Shown here: piece after piece, positions 13,543-23,381 of the stretch | How positions within the stretch are numbered: the first letter of the stretch is position 1 | How the letters are laid out: the number at the start of each line of letters is the position of its first letter | DNA from: an uncultured delta proteobacterium | Lineage (GTDB): Bacteria; Myxococcota_A; Polyangia; Polyangiales; B10-G4 | Length of the DNA: 64,000 nt | Direction of reading: 5' to 3' | Assembly: GCA_963727445.1 (NCBI GenBank) | Contig: CAVSGI010000014.1 | Location: forward strand, 128,001 to 192,000 | Program-made: the position numbers and the translations under genes | Notes under the pieces: generated by a model | Databases searched by the model: none | Seen by the model: only the letters and a program-made list of their open reading frames with translations | What the model was told of the DNA's origin: nothing

Positions 13543-14141
13543 GCGGCGCGTTCTCCCGGACGGCGCCCGCGCTCGGGGAGCTTCTCGAGGAAGCGCTCGA
13601 GCAGCGCGTGACCGTGCTCGGTCAAGAAGGACTCGGGGTGGAACTGCACGCCGAAGGTCGGGTGCTCGCGGTGCCTCAGGCCCATGAGCTCGCCCTCTTC
13701 GGTCCACGCGGTCTCGACCAGGGCCTCGGGCATCGAGTCGCGCTCGACAATCAACGAGTGATAGCGGGTCGCGGTGAAAGGCGAAGGGAGCCCCTCGAAG
13801 AGGCCTTCGCCGTCGTGCTCCACCTTCGACGTGCGCCCGTGCATCAAGCGCTCGGCGCGCACCACGCGGGCTCCGAAGGCTTGCGCGATCGCTTGATGGC
13901 CGAGGCACACGCCGAGGAGCGGCAGCTCGCCGCTCAGCTGCTTCGCGCACGCGAGCGTGATGCCGGCGTTCTCTGGCCGTCCGGGCCCGGGAGACAGCAG
14001 CACTCCCTCCGGGGCTCGTGCGCGGAGCGCGTCGACGCTGATCTCGTCGTTCCGATACACCTCGACGACGGCATCCAGCTCCAAGAGGTACTGGACCAGG
14101 TTGTAGGTAAAGGAGTCGTAGTTGTCGACGACGGCGATCAT
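13539..14141 (-). CDS. trpG: Anthranilate/aminodeoxychorismate synthase glutamine amidotransferase subunit
   Basis: DNYDSFTYNL, SPGPG, GVCLGHQ, RYHSL, QFHPES; directly upstream of trpD. Confidence 0.93.
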   Translation of the reverse strand: MIAVVDNYDSFTYNLVQYLLELDAVVEVYRNDEISVDALRARAPEGVLLSPGPGRPENAGITLACAKQLSGELPLLGVCLGHQAIAQAFGARVVRAERLMHGRTSKVEHDGEGLFEGLPSPFTATRYHSLIVERDSMPEALVETAWTEEGELMGLRHREHPTFGVQFHPESFLTEHGHALLERFLEKLPERGRRPGERAA

Positions 14142-14208
14142 CGGGTCAGAGCGCGTAGGCTAGTGCCTGGTCCAATGACGTGGAAGGGGAGATCGCGACG
14201 GGCGTCGG

Positions 14209-14856
14209 TCACGTCGCAAGGAGGGAAACCGAAGGACGTGCAGCGTACATTCGAGGTCTCCCGACGCCGCGAGGCGGCCGACGAACGAGCGACAACCCTT
14301 CGACGTCATTGGACCAGGCACTGGCAGCGATCAGCGCATGTCGGGCGGCGAACGGCGCCGCCTGCCCTCCTCTGCCTCGGTTTCGGGGAGCGGATCGGAT
14401 CTCCGCGATCTCGTCGTCGACCTCGGTGATGGCGTTGATGGCCTCGCGCAGGCCGCCCATCGCCTCGACCAGCGCGAGGTCCTCCATGAAGCCGCGGCTC
14501 AGCACCTCCTGATAGCGTTCGAGCGCTTCGACCCGCTGCTCGTAGGCGCGCGCCAGACGGCGACGCAAGAGCCGTCCTCTTCGCGTCGACAGCTCGACCG
14601 CCCGCACCGCCTCGACCTGCCGCTCCGCGGCGGGAATGCCTCCCTGCTCGAGGAGCTCGGCGGCCAGGGCGTGCCGTTCGTCGTCCACCATGGCCTCGGC
14701 ATCCTCGATGGGCCCGAGCGCGGGATCGGCGGTCACCGCGTCCTGCAGCCTGACGGCATCCGCGACGAGGTCCGGCGGCGGTCCCGCCTCTTCGGCGTCG
14801 TCGCCGCACGCCACGAGCAGCGACAGGGCGATGACCACCGCGAAGATGCGCCTCAA
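14209..14856 (-). CDS. Hypothetical helical lipoprotein
   Basis: TTG start overlapping the upstream stop; lipobox LLVAC; helical body. The 3' end is uncertain. Confidence 0.6.
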   Translation of the reverse strand: MRRIFAVVIALSLLVACGDDAEEAGPPPDLVADAVRLQDAVTADPALGPIEDAEAMVDDERHALAAELLEQGGIPAAERQVEAVRAVELSTRRGRLLRRRLARAYEQRVEALERYQEVLSRGFMEDLALVEAMGGLREAINAITEVDDEIAEIRSAPRNRGRGGQAAPFAARHALIAASAWSNDVEGLSLVRRPPRGVGRPRMYAARPSVSLLAT

Positions 14857-15755
14857 GCTTCCTCGCCGCCGAGATCGCCGCCGGTGTACCCGCGCTCGCG
14901 CAAGAACTTCTCGATGCGGAGGTTCACGAGCTCCGGATACTCGACCGCCACGTAGTGGGTTCCGCCGGGGACGACCATCAGCTCGGCGCCGTCGATGCGA
15001 CGCACCATCGCCTCCGCAGCCCGGCGCGGCGTCATGACGTCGCGATCGCCGGCCACGACCAGGGTGGGCACGTCCACGTCGGCGAGCACGTCCCACGCGT
15101 CGTGCTCACCGAGGAGCTCGAGCATGTGAACGTAGAGGTCCATGTCGAGATCCTCGAAGGAGCCCGCGAGCTCGGCCCACAGCTCCTCGTCGAGGGTGTT
15201 GCTCGCGAGCCCGAGGCGCTTCGCCCAGGTCACGGTCTCGGGCCACCGCACCATTCTTCGCGTCAACCCCTGGACGACGGAGGGAATGCTTCGCGCGCCG
15301 CGCAGCACCGGTGGGACGACGCGCTGCATCACGGGCAGCCCCAGCACCGACTCGTAGGGCCGACCGGCGACGCCGTTGATCAGCACCATCAGCGCGAGTC
15401 GCTCGGGGGCTTTTCGGAAGAGCTCCAGGCTCAGCTGCACACCCATCGACCAGCCGAAGATCGCCGTCTGCTCGATCTCCTCCGCCTCCATGATCGTGAG
15501 CGCGTCGCGCACCTGGTCCTCGATGCGGAGCGCGTCGCGATCGACGGGCGGCCCCGAACGGTAGAGCCCCCGGTAGTCCCAGGAGATGAAGCGGTAGCGG
15601 TCCGAGAGGTAGCCGATCTGGTGCTTCCAGGCGCGCCAGCTCCCCCCGAGCCCGTTCGCCAGCAGGATGGGCGGCCCCTCGCCCACCACGTGGTACGCGA
15701 GGTCCGTTCCGTCGAAGGCGACCGCGCGCCTCTCTTCCACACGAAAGGGCTTCAT
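14853..15755 (-). CDS. Alpha/beta-hydrolase
   Basis: NGLGGS, WDYRG, GWSMG elbow, AGDRD, GTHY. Confidence 0.88.
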   Translation of the reverse strand: MKPFRVEERRAVAFDGTDLAYHVVGEGPPILLANGLGGSWRAWKHQIGYLSDRYRFISWDYRGLYRSGPPVDRDALRIEDQVRDALTIMEAEEIEQTAIFGWSMGVQLSLELFRKAPERLALMVLINGVAGRPYESVLGLPVMQRVVPPVLRGARSIPSVVQGLTRRMVRWPETVTWAKRLGLASNTLDEELWAELAGSFEDLDMDLYVHMLELLGEHDAWDVLADVDVPTLVVAGDRDVMTPRRAAEAMVRRIDGAELMVVPGGTHYVAVEYPELVNLRIEKFLRERGYTGGDLGGEEA

Positions 15756-15909
15756 GGCCGGCGGGAAGTGTACTTGAGCCTGGACGATTGGAGGCCAACC
15801 CCCGCGAATTTCCGCGCCTTGACGAAGAGAGCCCCCCCCGGATATTTTGCCCGCCCAGCGCCGCTCCTCCCCTCGGATGGGGGCACTTGGCGGCGGCCGA
15901 GGCCCGTAC

Positions 15910-17109
15910 ATGGCACAAAAGAAGAAAAAGAGAGATCTGAAGGCACGTCTAGGCAAGACGATCTCACCCGGCGGCGCCAAGGGTGGCGCTGTCGTCCCGC
16001 CGCCCTCTGGCGGAGGCGTGGTTCCTCCCCCGTCCGTTGGAGGCGCTGCCCCCGGAGGCGGAGGCGTCGTACCGCCTCCCTCGATCGGCGGCGCGCCCGC
16101 TGGTGGCGGCGCGGTCCCTGCCCCGCCCTTCGGTAAGAAAGAGGAGCCCAAGAAGAAGTCGGCGGATCCCTTCGGCCCGAAGTCGCCGGCCGCGGATGGC
16201 CCCCGTGAGGTTCGCCTCGTCATCGACGACAAGACCGCCGTCGACGACAAGGAAGTCGGACGCAAGAAGAGCGGCCGCAACTTCATCCTGATCGCCATCG
16301 GCCTGGTGGTCGGCCTCCTCGTTGGCTACGGCGGCGGCAACATGATGAGCGACCGCCAGCTCTACAACCTGGCGGTCCGAGACGGTAAGGACATCTACGA
16401 GGCCGTCCGCAACGCGTCGGACGTGGTCACCAAGGCGCAGCGCTACGTCGACACCGCCACGAGCGCGGCGCGCGGCGGGCCGGGCAAGCAGCCTTCGGTC
16501 GACTACGAGGCCATCGAGGGCCTTCGCGCGCTCGAGAAGCCCCTCGACGCCAACGCCTTCGCACGCAAGCGTTACGGTGCGTTCCAGCCGCAGACCGTCG
16601 ACGCGCTCTTCGAGTACTACAACAACGTCAATCTGCTCTGGGATCACTTCGAGCGGATCGCGAACCGGACTTTGCCCGAGGCACGAAGAGCCGCCCTGAA
16701 CGACGCCGCGCAGGCCACACAGGGCATGACGAACCCGACGGGGTGCGTCCCGGCGATCGTGGAAGACAAGCTCGTCTGCGGCCTGGTCTTCCTGAGAGCG
16801 CACGACGAAGATCCTGCGCTGATGATGGTGCGTTCCAGCCTGACGACGACGCACGAGTTCGAAAAGACGCTCTTCCTCGGGCAGGAAGACGCGCAGTCAG
16901 CCTTCTTCGAGTCTCCGGACAACTTCGTGATCCTCGTCCACCCCGAACGTAGCCAGGGGGTGCTGGGCGAACAGGCCAGCCTCTTCGCCAACTACGTCGG
17001 CTCTCTGTCGGAGACCAAGGGCCTCCTCGACCGGACGGTCGAGCTCCAAGGCCGCCTCGAGACGGATCTGGGCCAAATCGCGCGCCTCGAAGAGGTCATG
17101 GCCTTCTAG
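15910..17109 (+). CDS. Hypothetical bitopic membrane protein with Gly/Pro-rich N-terminus
   Basis: MAQKKKKRDLKARLGK, GGxVVPPPS repeats, one TM (FILIAIGLVVGLLVGYGG), helical C-terminal part; host-like codon usage. Confidence 0.75.
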   Translation: MAQKKKKRDLKARLGKTISPGGAKGGAVVPPPSGGGVVPPPSVGGAAPGGGGVVPPPSIGGAPAGGGAVPAPPFGKKEEPKKKSADPFGPKSPAADGPREVRLVIDDKTAVDDKEVGRKKSGRNFILIAIGLVVGLLVGYGGGNMMSDRQLYNLAVRDGKDIYEAVRNASDVVTKAQRYVDTATSAARGGPGKQPSVDYEAIEGLRALEKPLDANAFARKRYGAFQPQTVDALFEYYNNVNLLWDHFERIANRTLPEARRAALNDAAQATQGMTNPTGCVPAIVEDKLVCGLVFLRAHDEDPALMMVRSSLTTTHEFEKTLFLGQEDAQSAFFESPDNFVILVHPERSQGVLGEQASLFANYVGSLSETKGLLDRTVELQGRLETDLGQIARLEEVMAF

Positions 17110-17187
17110 GGTCCTCCAACCGGCCCCACCACGCCGCCTCGGTACGGTCTACCGGGCGGCGTCTTTCAATTGTGCAGGCGGGCGGTG

Positions 17188-18105
17188 ATGGCCCATCATC
17201 CGGTCAGCGCCGTGCCCAAGTACCGGCTTCGTTACCAGTCGACCGACCTCGAGCTCACAGCGGGCGACTTCGTCATTGGACGGAGCTCTTCGTGCAGCCT
17301 GTCGCTCGACGATGGGTTGGTGTCGCGCAAGCACGCCCTCATCCACACGACGCCCGATCGTGTGACGCTGGAGGATCTCGGCAGCCGCAACGGCGTGCTG
17401 CTCAACGGTGAGAAGATCAAAGGCCTCGTGCAGCTCAAGCACGGCGACCGCGTCTCCATCGGCGGTCAGCAGATGACGCTGATGGAGGTCGGCAAGAACC
17501 TGAAGATGCCGCGGGACACCTCGATGCTGACCCGTTGCCACAAGTGCAACGAGTTGCTCGATCCGTCCGACTCCTTCTGCAAGGGCTGCGGCGCGCCGGT
17601 CGTCTCGGCGTCGGCGACCTTGCCGGGCGCTACCCTCGAGCTGAAGCTCAACCAGCTCTCTCCTGACGAGGAGACGCGCCAGGCGAGCGGCTTCTCCCTG
17701 CTCACCGGCATCGCCGACAAGGCGCTCGCCCTGAACCGCTTCTCCGAAGCGGAGCGCATCCTCGGCACCCACCTCGATCGGATGCTCGACAAGGCCGTTC
17801 GCGGCAAGAAGATCAGCACCGATCAGGCGAGAAAGGGAACGACCTACGCCCTGAAGCTCGCGCGCGGGCTCAAGGCCGGCAAGTGGGTGGACTGGGTCTT
17901 CAAGCTCAACGGGGCGCTTCGCTTCGTTCCCTCCAGCGAGACCGTCGACGAGCTCCACGCGGTGGTGCGCGACATCTCCCATCGCGATCCGCGCGCGCTC
18001 CGCGCGTACCTCGAAGAGATCAGGGTGAGTCGGAGTGACCTCGGTCCCGCCGAGCGCTTCGTCATCTCCCGGCTGGAGAGCCTCGAGCGCGTGATCAGCG
18101 CGTGA
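17188..18105 (+). CDS. FHA-domain protein with zinc ribbon
   Basis: IGRSSSC...VSRKHA...DLGSRNGV (FHA); CHKC-x10-CKGC. Confidence 0.88.
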   Translation: MAHHPVSAVPKYRLRYQSTDLELTAGDFVIGRSSSCSLSLDDGLVSRKHALIHTTPDRVTLEDLGSRNGVLLNGEKIKGLVQLKHGDRVSIGGQQMTLMEVGKNLKMPRDTSMLTRCHKCNELLDPSDSFCKGCGAPVVSASATLPGATLELKLNQLSPDEETRQASGFSLLTGIADKALALNRFSEAERILGTHLDRMLDKAVRGKKISTDQARKGTTYALKLARGLKAGKWVDWVFKLNGALRFVPSSETVDELHAVVRDISHRDPRALRAYLEEIRVSRSDLGPAERFVISRLESLERVISA

Positions 18106-18946
18106 GCGCTTCGAGCCGGGACAGGCCGGCGAGATCGGCGTCCGGTTTGCTCGCCGCGGTGTCGCGGAAGAACTCCACGAACTCCGAGACGGTCGCCTTG
18201 AACGTGTCCGAAGGCTCGATCTCCTCGAGCCGATCGATGACCGTCGTCGTGGGCATCAGCGACTGCTGACGGTGCACGTCCAGCGACCAACGCACCCACT
18301 CCTCGCCGTTGGACAGCCGCGCCAGCCGTAGCGCGAAGCCGGTGATCATCGCGACCTGGTTCGGATCGAGCTTCTCGCCCTGCGCCAGGCGCTCGTCGAT
18401 CTCGCGGACCGCGCGACGCATCAGGCGATCCGCCTCGGTGCCGCGCCCGGCGGCGATGGCGCGCTCGATCACCTCGCCGAGGAGCTGGAAGGTCCAGCTG
18501 CGCTTTGGCTCGACCACCAGTCCGCTGATGGTGTCTTCCTCGGAGTCCGGACCGTTGTCGACATGTCCACAGTGCGGGCACTGAGGCGACTTCTCCGGGT
18601 ACGGCGTGTTGCACTCTTTGCAGACCTTCATGAAGCCGGTGGGCCGCGCCTCGCGCGCCCGCTGCTTCACCACGGAAAACACCAGCTCCTGCGTACCGAG
18701 GCGAATGCGATCGCCGTCTTCGAGCGGATGTTCGCCTTCCGTCTGCCGACCGTTGATGCGCACACCGTTGCGGCTTCCGAGATCGCTGATGCGCGCTTGC
18801 GTCCCCTCGATCACGATGCGGGCGTGGCGTCGGGACACCAGCGGGTCCTCGATCGTGATCTGACAGTCCGGGCTCCGACCGAGGACGACCTCGGGTCCGG
18901 ACAAATCGAATTCCTGCAGCAGGAATCGCAGGCGAAATCGCGCCAA
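18095..18946 (-). CDS. FHA-domain protein with zinc ribbon (paralog of the convergent gene)
   Basis: LGRSPDC...VSRRHA...DLGSRNGV; CKEC-x10-CPHC. Confidence 0.88.
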   Translation of the reverse strand: MARFRLRFLLQEFDLSGPEVVLGRSPDCQITIEDPLVSRRHARIVIEGTQARISDLGSRNGVRINGRQTEGEHPLEDGDRIRLGTQELVFSVVKQRAREARPTGFMKVCKECNTPYPEKSPQCPHCGHVDNGPDSEEDTISGLVVEPKRSWTFQLLGEVIERAIAAGRGTEADRLMRRAVREIDERLAQGEKLDPNQVAMITGFALRLARLSNGEEWVRWSLDVHRQQSLMPTTTVIDRLEEIEPSDTFKATVSEFVEFFRDTAASKPDADLAGLSRLEALTR

Positions 18947-19038
18947 AATTCTACCTCTTCCGGCGGCTCGCCGGTCGATGGAAGCATAGCAACCCACGGG
19001 GCTGGAAATCGACCTTTGTGCGAGCTAGCGTGACGGCG

Positions 19039-19284
19039 ATGACCATGGAAGAGGTCGAGGGTGTCCTCGAGCAGGTGGTGCGCCCCGTCGTGGAGGCGGA
19101 CGGCGGGACGATCGAGCTCGTGGCCGTCGAGGACCTGCGGGTGGTCGTCCACCTCGAGGGCGCCTGCGCGGGCTGCCCTGGCCGCCCCTACACCCGCGCC
19201 GGCCTCATCGAGCCGGCCCTGAGGCAGGCCCTCGGCAAGCGGGTGGAGGTGGATATCGCGCCTCGTAGGACCAGCCAGGTCTGA
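19039..19284 (+). CDS. NifU/NfuA C-terminal-domain Fe-S carrier
   Basis: VRPVVEADGGTIELV...LEGACAGCP. Confidence 0.85.
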   Translation: MTMEEVEGVLEQVVRPVVEADGGTIELVAVEDLRVVVHLEGACAGCPGRPYTRAGLIEPALRQALGKRVEVDIAPRRTSQV

Positions 19285-19323
19285 AAAAAGAAGATCGGGC
19301 GTGGGATTTCCACCCACGCCCGA
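19284..19323 (-). terminator. Intrinsic terminator, probably for the minus-strand gene and possibly bidirectional
   Basis: 11-bp stem TCGGGCGTGGG/CCCACGCCCGA with adjacent AAAAAAGAAG (U-rich on the minus strand), between convergent genes. Confidence 0.7.
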
Positions 19324-19355
19324 ATCTCGCGCTGGAAACCGCGTCTAGGCGGCCC

Positions 19356-20324
19356 TCAGAAGTCCAACCCTCTGAGCGGGTCCTCGTCGTTCGAGGAGCT
19401 CATCGAGGAGGAGGAGCCGCTGCTGCTCGACGAGGAAGACGAGGAGCCACTGCTGCTGCCCCCCATCATCCCGTCGTCGGGCGCCTGCGTGCGTCGGCGG
19501 ATCATGCCCGTGAGCCGGTCGACGATGTCCTGGTTGGCCGTGGACGCCTCGCTGTCGTCGTTGACCACGGCGTCGACGAGCGCGTGGCCATCGTCGTCTC
19601 GGTTCTGGGTGTTGGTCCGAAGCTGGTCCAGCTGCCCGAGCGTGTTCTTGTCTTCGAAGACCATGCAGTAGAAACCGTAGAAACGGTTTTCGTCGATGGC
19701 TCTGAGGCGCGTGGACTGGTCCTGCCATTCGAGCCATTGCTTCTCCTGCCCGCGTTCGGTCATGCGGCCGGTGCGTTGGAGCGCGCGTCCGAAGCGGCCC
19801 TGCAGAGCGCCGGCGAACTGGTCGAAGCTCTGCCCCGCGAAGACGTCGGCGTCGAAGGCCTTGTACCACTTCCACAGGCGGTTCCTGATGAAGAAGTAGA
19901 AGTTCTGCGAGTTGGAATCACGGTAGACGAGCATCGCCTCGCCGTTGCCGTGGGTGAACTCGTCGCGCAGGAAGCTCACGTCCCAGCCGGTGGTCTGACC
20001 ACGGAACCGGACGTAGCTCCGCCGGATCCGCTGGATCTCCTCCCGCTCCTGGTGGCGCAGCTGGTCCTCGCGCATGGCATCCCGCGCCTTCGCGATCCGA
20101 GGGCGATACCGATCGCGGATCTGCTTCACGAAGTGGTCGTAGACCTCGTCGCGCGTCATCCCCCAATGCAGGTCGCCGAGCGCTGGCGCGATCTCCGCGC
20201 TCATGGGCGCCGCCTGCTGTCGTGGCTGACGATGCCGCCGGCGGCGTCGCTGCGCATCCGCGTTCACGACCAATGCCCCGACGACGAAGGTCGATAAGAG
20301 TACGCCGATGATCACCCGCTTCAT
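19356..20324 (-). CDS. Hypothetical exported protein with Ser-rich tail
   Basis: Signal peptide (..VNADA), 322-aa ORF with host codon usage. Confidence 0.75.
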   Translation of the reverse strand: MKRVIIGVLLSTFVVGALVVNADAQRRRRRHRQPRQQAAPMSAEIAPALGDLHWGMTRDEVYDHFVKQIRDRYRPRIAKARDAMREDQLRHQEREEIQRIRRSYVRFRGQTTGWDVSFLRDEFTHGNGEAMLVYRDSNSQNFYFFIRNRLWKWYKAFDADVFAGQSFDQFAGALQGRFGRALQRTGRMTERGQEKQWLEWQDQSTRLRAIDENRFYGFYCMVFEDKNTLGQLDQLRTNTQNRDDDGHALVDAVVNDDSEASTANQDIVDRLTGMIRRRTQAPDDGMMGGSSSGSSSSSSSSSGSSSSMSSSNDEDPLRGLDF

Positions 20325-20449
20325 TTAGGCCTCCGTCCCGATTTTACTCACATTTCCGGGCCTCCGGGACGATAACACCCCCCGGACACTGGCAACAAGA
20401 GTGAGAGGTGAGGTCTGACGAAGACAGACCCTCATCCATTCAAGATGCC

Positions 20450-21292
20450 TCAGGAAGAGGCTTTCTTGGCTTCTGCCTCCCCTTCGAGGTCCAAGAAGAG
20501 AAGCGTGCCACCGGCGACGGCTGCCGGCATGAAGAGCAGATTGAGGAGCGGGACGAAGAGGAAGAGCCACACCCCGGTGCCGAAGCCCAGCATCGGGAGG
20601 AAGTGCTCGCGAAGCAGGGAGAATCGGTAGGCGATCCCGCGATTGCGACGCGCGGCGGGCCAGTCGACGTAGTCGATGGACCAGTAGGCCGCGGTGAAGA
20701 AGAAGCCGAAGATGGTGTAGATGATCTGGCCCGCCACCGGCAGGACGAGGCTGAGCACGAAGAGCGGCAGCATCACCACCGCCCAGAGCCCGAGCTTGGC
20801 CATCTCGATGAGCACGGTGCGCACGGCGTCACGGGCGACCGCCGCCCAGGAAAAGGGCGGCCCCTCTCGCCCGGTGGCGAGCCGCTCCACCTCTTCGGAG
20901 AGGGCGTCGTTGAAGGGGGCGGCGAAGATCGGCGACAGGAACGTGACCACCACCAGGCCGACGATCAGCAGCAGCACCGCCACCAGCACCTCGACGAAGC
21001 CGTGGAGGAAGCGGAGCACCGAGTCCCAGAAGCTCTCCCCGGCTGGCTCGGACCAGAAGGCGTCGACCGCCGCGCCGTGAAAGTGCCACACCCCGGCGAG
21101 CACGAAGCCGATCACGACCAGGGTGATGAAGATGGGGAACACCCAGTACCGAACGAGACCGGGCTCCTTCAGGTAGACGAGCTTCGCGCCGCGGAAGGGA
21201 TAGGTGAGCCCGCGCCAGTAGCCCACCACCACCTTCTTGGGCGCCCCCGCAATCGCCCCGGCGGCCTTCTTGGCCGTGTCACCCACGCTCAC
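20450..21292 (-). CDS. EI24/CysZ-family membrane protein
   Basis: IFAAPFNDALSEEVE and VPLLNLLFMPAAVAGGT motifs. Confidence 0.85.
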   Translation of the reverse strand: MSVGDTAKKAAGAIAGAPKKVVVGYWRGLTYPFRGAKLVYLKEPGLVRYWVFPIFITLVVIGFVLAGVWHFHGAAVDAFWSEPAGESFWDSVLRFLHGFVEVLVAVLLLIVGLVVVTFLSPIFAAPFNDALSEEVERLATGREGPPFSWAAVARDAVRTVLIEMAKLGLWAVVMLPLFVLSLVLPVAGQIIYTIFGFFFTAAYWSIDYVDWPAARRNRGIAYRFSLLREHFLPMLGFGTGVWLFLFVPLLNLLFMPAAVAGGTLLFLDLEGEAEAKKASS

Positions 21293-21299
21293 GACGACC

Positions 21300-22778
21300 T
21301 CAGAGGCTGCTGCCCGACGGGGCGAAGGGAAGGATGCTCTTGAGGTCCTCGTCGTTGAAGCGCAGCTGCGCGCCGAGGAAGAAGTCCGCCGTCTCGTTGA
21401 AGGCGTCGTCGATGCCGCCGAGGATCCACAGACGCGAGACGACCTCGTAGGCGACGCGGGCGCGGAAACGCGGGTAGGTGTTGTCGCCGAAGGCGAAGAG
21501 GTCGAGGTTGGCTTCGAGGTCGTCGTCGAAGAGGTGCAGGTCGACGCCGATGCCGCCCGTCGACTCGAGAACGCCGAAGCGGAAGGTGGCGAAAGCGATG
21601 CGCTTGGCGAACTGCAGGGAGAAGCGGAAATCGTCCGTGGTGCTGATGCGGGTCTCGGTATACGAAGCCGGCTCTCCGTCGGCCGGCGGGCTGCGGCGCA
21701 CGGTCGTCTGCGAGAACTGGGTGAAGCCGCGCGGATCGTCGATGAGCTGGATCAGGTAGTAGCGGTCCTCGCGTGGCTGCAGGCGCAGCGAGACGTAGTT
21801 CTTGAAGGTGTTGGCGAGCATGTTGTACTCGCTGCGCAGCTCGACGATGGTCTGAAGGCGCGCGATGGGCCCGACGATGTCTCCCACCCCCTCGGCGATC
21901 CCCTCGATCTCGTCGATGAGCTGCTCGTCCGAGGTCAGCCGCCCGATGGTGCCTTCCCCCGCGGCCGTGCGTCCGGTGATCTCCTCGAGATCACCCATCA
22001 CGCCCTCGAGCTGGTGCGCGGCGCGGTTGATGGAGGCCACCGTGTCGTTGACCTGTCCGCCCGCCTCTGTCAGCCCGTCGCGGTTCTCGCCCACGATCTC
22101 CCGGACGTCGGAGGTGACCGTCTCGACGTTGTCGAGGATGCGGACGATCTGCGGGCCGGCGACGTCGGTGGTCTGCTCGATGTCGCGCAGGGTCGCGGCG
22201 ATCACCTGCTCGTTCTGCTGAATGGTTCGGTTGACGCCCTCCAGCGCCTCGCTGAGGTTCTGCAGGGCGCTCGCCATCTGGTCGCCGCCCTCGTCGGTGC
22301 CGAAGACCCGCTCCACCTGCGCGGCGACCCGCTCCACCGACCGGGCGGTCTGGCCGACGCTCCGCAGGATGTCGTCCGTGGAGGGCGCGTCCTCCAGCAC
22401 CATGATCTGCTCGCCGTCCTCGACGACCCGGTTGCCCTCCGTCCCGGGGAGGATCGCCAAGAGGGATTCGCCGAGGATGCTGGCGGTGCGCTTCGCCACC
22501 CGCGCGTCCTCGTAGAGCGTGATCCCCTCGTCGATGTGGATGTCGACCCGAGCCTGGTCGCCCCAGAGGCGGATGCTGTCGATGTAGCCCACGTCGATGC
22601 CGGCGATGTGGACCCGCGACTTCGGGACCAGCCCCTGGGCGTCGTCGAAAACGGCCCAGACCCGGTAGCCCCCGTCGCCGCCCGCCCGCTCGTCGACGAA
22701 GCGCCAGACCCCATAGGTCGCGCCCACGGCGAGGGCGACCAGGAGGCCGACCTTGGCTGCTTTGACAGAGTCGCGCAT
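21300..22778 (-). CDS. MlaD/MCE-family protein with long helical region
   Basis: N-terminal TM, FDDAQGLVPKSRVHIAGIDVGYI, SILGE, coiled region, GEGTIGRL, beta-rich C-terminus. Confidence 0.88.
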   Translation of the reverse strand: MRDSVKAAKVGLLVALAVGATYGVWRFVDERAGGDGGYRVWAVFDDAQGLVPKSRVHIAGIDVGYIDSIRLWGDQARVDIHIDEGITLYEDARVAKRTASILGESLLAILPGTEGNRVVEDGEQIMVLEDAPSTDDILRSVGQTARSVERVAAQVERVFGTDEGGDQMASALQNLSEALEGVNRTIQQNEQVIAATLRDIEQTTDVAGPQIVRILDNVETVTSDVREIVGENRDGLTEAGGQVNDTVASINRAAHQLEGVMGDLEEITGRTAAGEGTIGRLTSDEQLIDEIEGIAEGVGDIVGPIARLQTIVELRSEYNMLANTFKNYVSLRLQPREDRYYLIQLIDDPRGFTQFSQTTVRRSPPADGEPASYTETRISTTDDFRFSLQFAKRIAFATFRFGVLESTGGIGVDLHLFDDDLEANLDLFAFGDNTYPRFRARVAYEVVSRLWILGGIDDAFNETADFFLGAQLRFNDEDLKSILPFAPSGSSL

Positions 22779-22916
22779 GCGGGGGCTTTTCGATCGTAGC
22801 GGGTCAGCCCTGAGGGGCGCCACCAACCGACATGGAACGGCACAATTGTGGAGCGAAATTGCGGCCCCCGGGAGCGACGTCACGATTGACCGGACGCGCG
22901 CCCAGAGGGCACTCTG

Positions 22917-23381
22917 ATGCCCGTGCGAGGTCCGTATCTGTTCAGTTGTTTCGCGGTGCTGGTCGGCCTGGGCTGCGGCACCGTCGACCCGGGCGACAAC
23001 TTCGTGAGCCCCACCCTCATGCTCGACGAGGATTTCTTCTACTGCCGGATCCAGCCGGAGGTCATCACCCCCCAGAGCTGCGCCTCGGGTGCGGCTGGCG
23101 AAGGGGGTGATTGCCACTCCGCCCGTTCGGCTCTCCGCCTCGACCCCATGGCCGAGATGGACGCGCCCCCCGAATGCGACGGGAACTTCCTCGTGGGCAC
23201 ACCGCCCGCGAGCTACCGCGACAACTTCCAGAGCGTGCAGTTCACGGTGCAGACCGACCCGCTCTCCAGTCCCTTCTATCGCCGCCCGGTGGGCCTCGAC
23301 TCCCACCCGCGTCAAATCTTCCCCGAAGGCAGTCCGGAAGCAGACCTGATCATCGAATGGATCGGGGCCGGAGGGATGTGA
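22917..23381 (+). CDS. Cys-rich lipoprotein, putative c-type cytochrome-like domain (CX10CH)
   Basis: Lipobox GLGC; FFYCRIQPEVI..SCASGAAGEGGDCH...DPLSSPFYRRP...SHP..IF...IIEWIGAG. Confidence 0.6.
   Translation: MPVRGPYLFSCFAVLVGLGCGTVDPGDNFVSPTLMLDEDFFYCRIQPEVITPQSCASGAAGEGGDCHSARSALRLDPMAEMDAPPECDGNFLVGTPPASYRDNFQSVQFTVQTDPLSSPFYRRPVGLDSHPRQIFPEGSPEADLIIEWIGAGGM

Noticed and set aside
11693..14141. Incomplete trp operon (no trpE/F/B/A); likewise the partial his operon
   Set aside because: Split amino-acid operons are ordinary; the missing genes are probably elsewhere in the genome.
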